Of a stretch of DNA of 64,000 nucleotides, positions 63,236-64,000 are shown piece by piece; within the stretch, counting starts at the first letter, position 1, and every line of letters begins with the position of its first letter. This DNA comes from Felis catus. Lineage: Eukaryota. Under the pieces are notes generated by a model that was given only the letters and a program-made list of their open reading frames with translations, was not told the origin of the DNA and made no database searches. The stretch spans positions 237,214,001 through 237,278,000 of the forward strand of contig NC_058368.1 of the NCBI RefSeq assembly GCF_018350175.1, given 5' to 3'. Made by a program: the position numbers and the translations under genes.

Positions 63236-64000
63236 ACTGTGGGGCACCCAGGACGCTGCCTGGTACAGAGGGAAGGGAGTGGGAGAAAGCCCCCCGGCAC
63301 ATGGTATCCCAGATCCTGCACAGGGTCCAGAGACGAGCTTTGTCTCTTTCCACTTTGCTTCCACTGGCCCCAGGGATCGCCCGTCTCCACTCTTACAGCA
63401 GAGTCGGTTTGTTGGCTGTCCCCAGTCCTCACATCGCCAGCGAGCCAGGCCCTTGGAAGGGCTCTATTCCCAGCGCTCCCGCTCACCTCGGGTGCTGCCC
63501 TTCCCCCCATGTCCCCCCATCACTCGGGCGGCGTCTGGTCGTATCTGGTAAAGCCACTTGCCTCGGAAGCTACACTCATCAAAACGTTCAGAGTTGTAAA
63601 GATGTAAAGAGCGTCTGCCCGAAGGCCAAGGTCCCATCCATTACGTCAGTTGTCACAAGGCCGAGAAGCCTGCTGGCCCCTGTGCAGCCGTGGCTCCTGG
63701 AGACCCCGCTGGGGCCCCGACCCAACGCCCCCCTCGCCAACAGGCCGGAGACGTGCCCAGCTCTCGTTGGCCAAGGGGAGAAGATGGCAATTGGCGAAGG
63801 ACCGAAAGCAAGATCTCTGCAGCCCTGCGGTAGGAGTCCGCGTGCTCTGTGTCACCCACGGCTCCGCACCAGCGCCACCCGCTGAAACGGACCCCGTGTT
63901 CTCCTCGGAGACATCGCCGCGGTGGGGGGCACTTGGGAGGCAGAGCTAGTCCGTCCGGTGGCCACCGTCCTGCTTAACCGGTAAGTCCCTGTCAACCTAG

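Noticed and set aside
63040..63885. 281 aa ORF near the window end
   Set aside because: No recognisable homology and it includes a short tandem repeat; a BLASTP/PhyloCSF signal would be needed to reconsider.
1..64000. Naming the host locus or target gene
   Set aside because: No exon is recognisable; any gene name would be a guess without alignment.

Overview
Eukaryotic, mammalian non-coding DNA, almost certainly from a cat-family (Felidae) genome: about 20 tRNA-derived CAN-SINEs (SINEC), three of them near-identical young felid-type copies. I recognise no protein-coding gene, RNA gene, CRISPR array or prokaryotic system. The supplied ORFs are GC-rich or repeat-derived noise; two short stretches translate as L1 ORF2 remnants. 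The window is GC/CpG-rich and carries older eutherian repeats (L1M/L1 carnivore fragments, L2, MIR, MER20, MER58A, MLT1, MLT2, MER34-like and MER67/MER31-like LTRs); family names are from recalled consensus sequences, not a database search. The most informative structure lies between the repeats. An ~11 kb stretch (13.2-24.4 kb) has no recognisable transposon and contains AT-rich homeodomain/TALE/POU-motif blocks that look like conserved developmental enhancers. There is also a GATA-site cluster (30.2-30.7 kb) and a G-rich tract plus CpG island with GATA/SOX sites (32-34.5 kb). Other oddities are a ~135 bp imperfect palindrome at 3.7 kb, a SINE with a 39-41 bp target-site duplication, nested insertions and a strong minus-strand bias of retroelements (16 of 20 SINEs). 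Best overall reading (inference): the regulatory landscape of a developmental gene, either a gene desert or a very large intron. I cannot support a claim of a new biological system.
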